Assembly (NCBI GenBank): GCA_038833255.1
Contig: JAWBIX010000020.1
Span: forward strand, 1 to 6,717
DNA from: Nanopusillaceae archaeon
GTDB lineage: Archaea; Nanobdellota; Nanobdellia; Nanobdellales; Nanobdellaceae
Direction: 5' to 3'
DNA: 6,717 nucleotides
How positions within the stretch are numbered: position 1 is the stretch's first letter; the number at the start of each line of letters is the position of its first letter. Shown piece after piece: positions 5,819-6,717 of the stretch. The position numbers were made by a program, and so were the translations under genes. The notes under the pieces are model-generated. The model was not told the DNA's origin. It ran no database searches and saw only the letters and a program-made list of their open reading frames with translations.

Positions 5819-5912
5819 ATCAACGGTCTCTAATTATAGTAATATAGAAAAATAGAGATAACTACTTCTTATTCTCAGAATTTTTTGATTTTTTATTAAA
5901 AAAGGAAAAAAT

Positions 5913-5920
5913 TTTATAAA
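5913..5920 (+). promoter_or_regulatory. TATA box (TTTATAAA) of the histone gene, preceded by a purine-rich BRE-like GGAAAAAA
   Basis: The octamer centre (about 5916.5) is about 26 nt upstream of the ATG at 5942, so a leaderless histone mRNA is predicted. The purine-rich stretch at 5904-5911 lies immediately upstream, as expected for a BRE. Confidence 0.45.
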
Positions 5921-5941
5921 TTATCAAACAAAATATTTATT

Positions 5942-6181
5942 ATGGCGAGAGGTGAAAGAGGAATTCCAATGGCAGCTGTAGAAAGGTTATTAAAAGCAAG
6001 AGGGGAAAAGGCAGGAGTTGATAGAGTATCTGATAGAGCAGTAAAGTATCTAAAGCAGGCATTAGAAGATTTGGCATTTGAAATAGCACAAAGAGCAGCA
6101 GCATTAGCAAAGCATGGAAAGAGAACAACAGTAAAACCAGAAGATATAAAAATAGCAGTAAAAGGAACAGTAAAATTATAA
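5942..6181 (+). CDS. Archaeal histone (HMfB-type histone fold), 79 aa
   Basis: It aligns with HMfB from memory: IPMAAVERLLK (compare LPIAPIGRIIK), RVSDRA (compare RVSDDA), and a 43-residue stretch DRAVKYLKQALEDLAFEIAQRAAALAKHGKRTTVKPEDIKIAV that is colinear with DDARITLAKILEEMGRDIASEAIKLARHAGRKTIKAEDIELAV. Stop is TAA at 6179-6181. Confidence 0.9.
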   Translation: MARGERGIPMAAVERLLKARGEKAGVDRVSDRAVKYLKQALEDLAFEIAQRAAALAKHGKRTTVKPEDIKIAVKGTVKL

Positions 6182-6185
6182 GGCT

Positions 6186-6717
6186 TTATTCTTTTTTATT
6201 TTTATAATAATTACACTTTTCTTTAATTGGACAAATATTACATTTGGGTTTTAAAGGTTTACATATATTTCTTCCAAATTTTATTAAATAATAGTTTATT
6301 AAACTCCAATACTCTTTATCTAATAAAGAATATAGCTCTTTTTCGGTATCTTCAAAATTTTTTGTTTTAACAATTCCAATTCTATTTAAAACTCTATGAA
6401 CATTAGAATCCACAGCAATATAATTTTTATTACAAACAATATTCAAATAAACATTAGCAACTTTTCTTCCAACTCCAGGTAGAGATCTTATATATTCTTC
6501 ATCACAACTTTTGTTATAATCCCAAATTTCTGCTATTTTTTTTATCCATTTGGCTTTTTGATTATACAATCCAACATTTTTTAAATATTCTTTTATTTCA
6601 TCTTCACTAGAATTTCTTATATCTTCCAAAGTTTTAAATCTATTGAAAAATTTCTCAGAAACTTTTATTGTCGTTTCTTCTCTAACTCTTATAGATATTA
6701 TTGCTGTTATTAAAACT
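6186..6717 (-). CDS. nth: Endonuclease III (HhH-GPD DNA glycosylase/AP lyase with 4Fe-4S cluster), 5' end beyond the right window edge
   Basis: HhH motif LPGVGRKVANVYL (retains the catalytic Lys position); AVDSNVHRVLNRIG (catalytic Asp region); C-terminal CKPLKPKCNICPIKEKC, which is the C-x6-C-x2-C-x5-C FeS cluster loop. The minus-strand frame stays open from 6629 to the window end and reads ..VLITAIISIRVREETTIKVSEKFFNRFKT-LEDIRNSS.., matching the Nth N-terminal helices (compare ELLIAVLLSAQATDVSVNKAT). The TTG at 6627-6629 in the ORF track is therefore an internal Leu. Confidence 0.9.
   Translation of the reverse strand, partial: VLITAIISIRVREETTIKVSEKFFNRFKTLEDIRNSSEDEIKEYLKNVGLYNQKAKWIKKIAEIWDYNKSCDEEYIRSLPGVGRKVANVYLNIVCNKNYIAVDSNVHRVLNRIGIVKTKNFEDTEKELYSLLDKEYWSLINYYLIKFGRNICKPLKPKCNICPIKEKCNYYKNKKE

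Noticed and set aside
5778-5854. Direct repeats upstream of the histone as a mini CRISPR array
   Set aside because: The repeats are only 14 nt, A/T low-complexity and 13 nt apart, with two exact copies plus a partial one. Repeat and spacer lengths are far from CRISPR dimensions, and there are no cas genes in the window.
5699-5941. Helically phased A-tracts or a second C/D box sRNA in the long intergenic region
   Set aside because: The A-tract centre spacings I measured (about 21, 11, 40, 27, 34 nt) do not hold a consistent 10-11 nt phase. There is no TGATGA-type C box on either strand. The only CTGA words, on the minus strand, lack a properly spaced partner box, and G+C is at background level.
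5940-6128. 62-aa minus-strand ORF antisense to the histone gene
   Set aside because: The histone sense strand is nearly all purine, so the complement lacks stop codons by chance. The L/F/P-rich product looks like an artefact, and the plus-strand histone call is strong.
5942-6181. Higher G+C of the histone gene as evidence of horizontal transfer
   Set aside because: Codon third positions remain A-biased like the rest of the window (AGA, GCA, GGA, AAA, GAA). The G+C excess comes from first and second codon positions of a conserved Ala/Gly/Arg-rich protein. No flanking mobile-element features are present.

Overview
This is a very AT-rich, very gene-dense archaeal window. A histone-fold gene, PCNA and a GC-rich tRNA in an AT-rich background suggest a thermophilic, genome-reduced DPANN/Nanoarchaeota-like organism; that lineage call is inference only. 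In order, the window holds: the 3' two-thirds of enolase (+, open to the left edge); an orphan 154-aa ORF (-); a small class I SAM methyltransferase (+); an 87-aa helical DUF357-like ORF (-); tRNA-Asn(GTT) (+), with a candidate C/D box sRNA whose C box starts 3 nt downstream and an oligo-T tract after it; an 861-aa COG1205 (YprA/MrfA/Hrq1-type) DExH helicase with a C-terminal DUF1998 Cys cluster (+); PCNA (+); a 243-nt non-coding gap, the only long one; an archaeal histone (+); and endonuclease III (-, open to the right edge). Most of this is core housekeeping (glycolysis, replication, repair, chromatin). I see no convincing mobile element, CRISPR array or defence island. The observations most worth following up are the apparent tRNA/C-D-box sRNA dicistron, TATA spacing that predicts near-leaderless tRNA and mRNA transcription, the helicase-PCNA pairing, the orphan ORF, and the repeat-bearing long region upstream of a compositionally atypical histone gene. 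All calls rest on reading motifs by eye; no searches were run.
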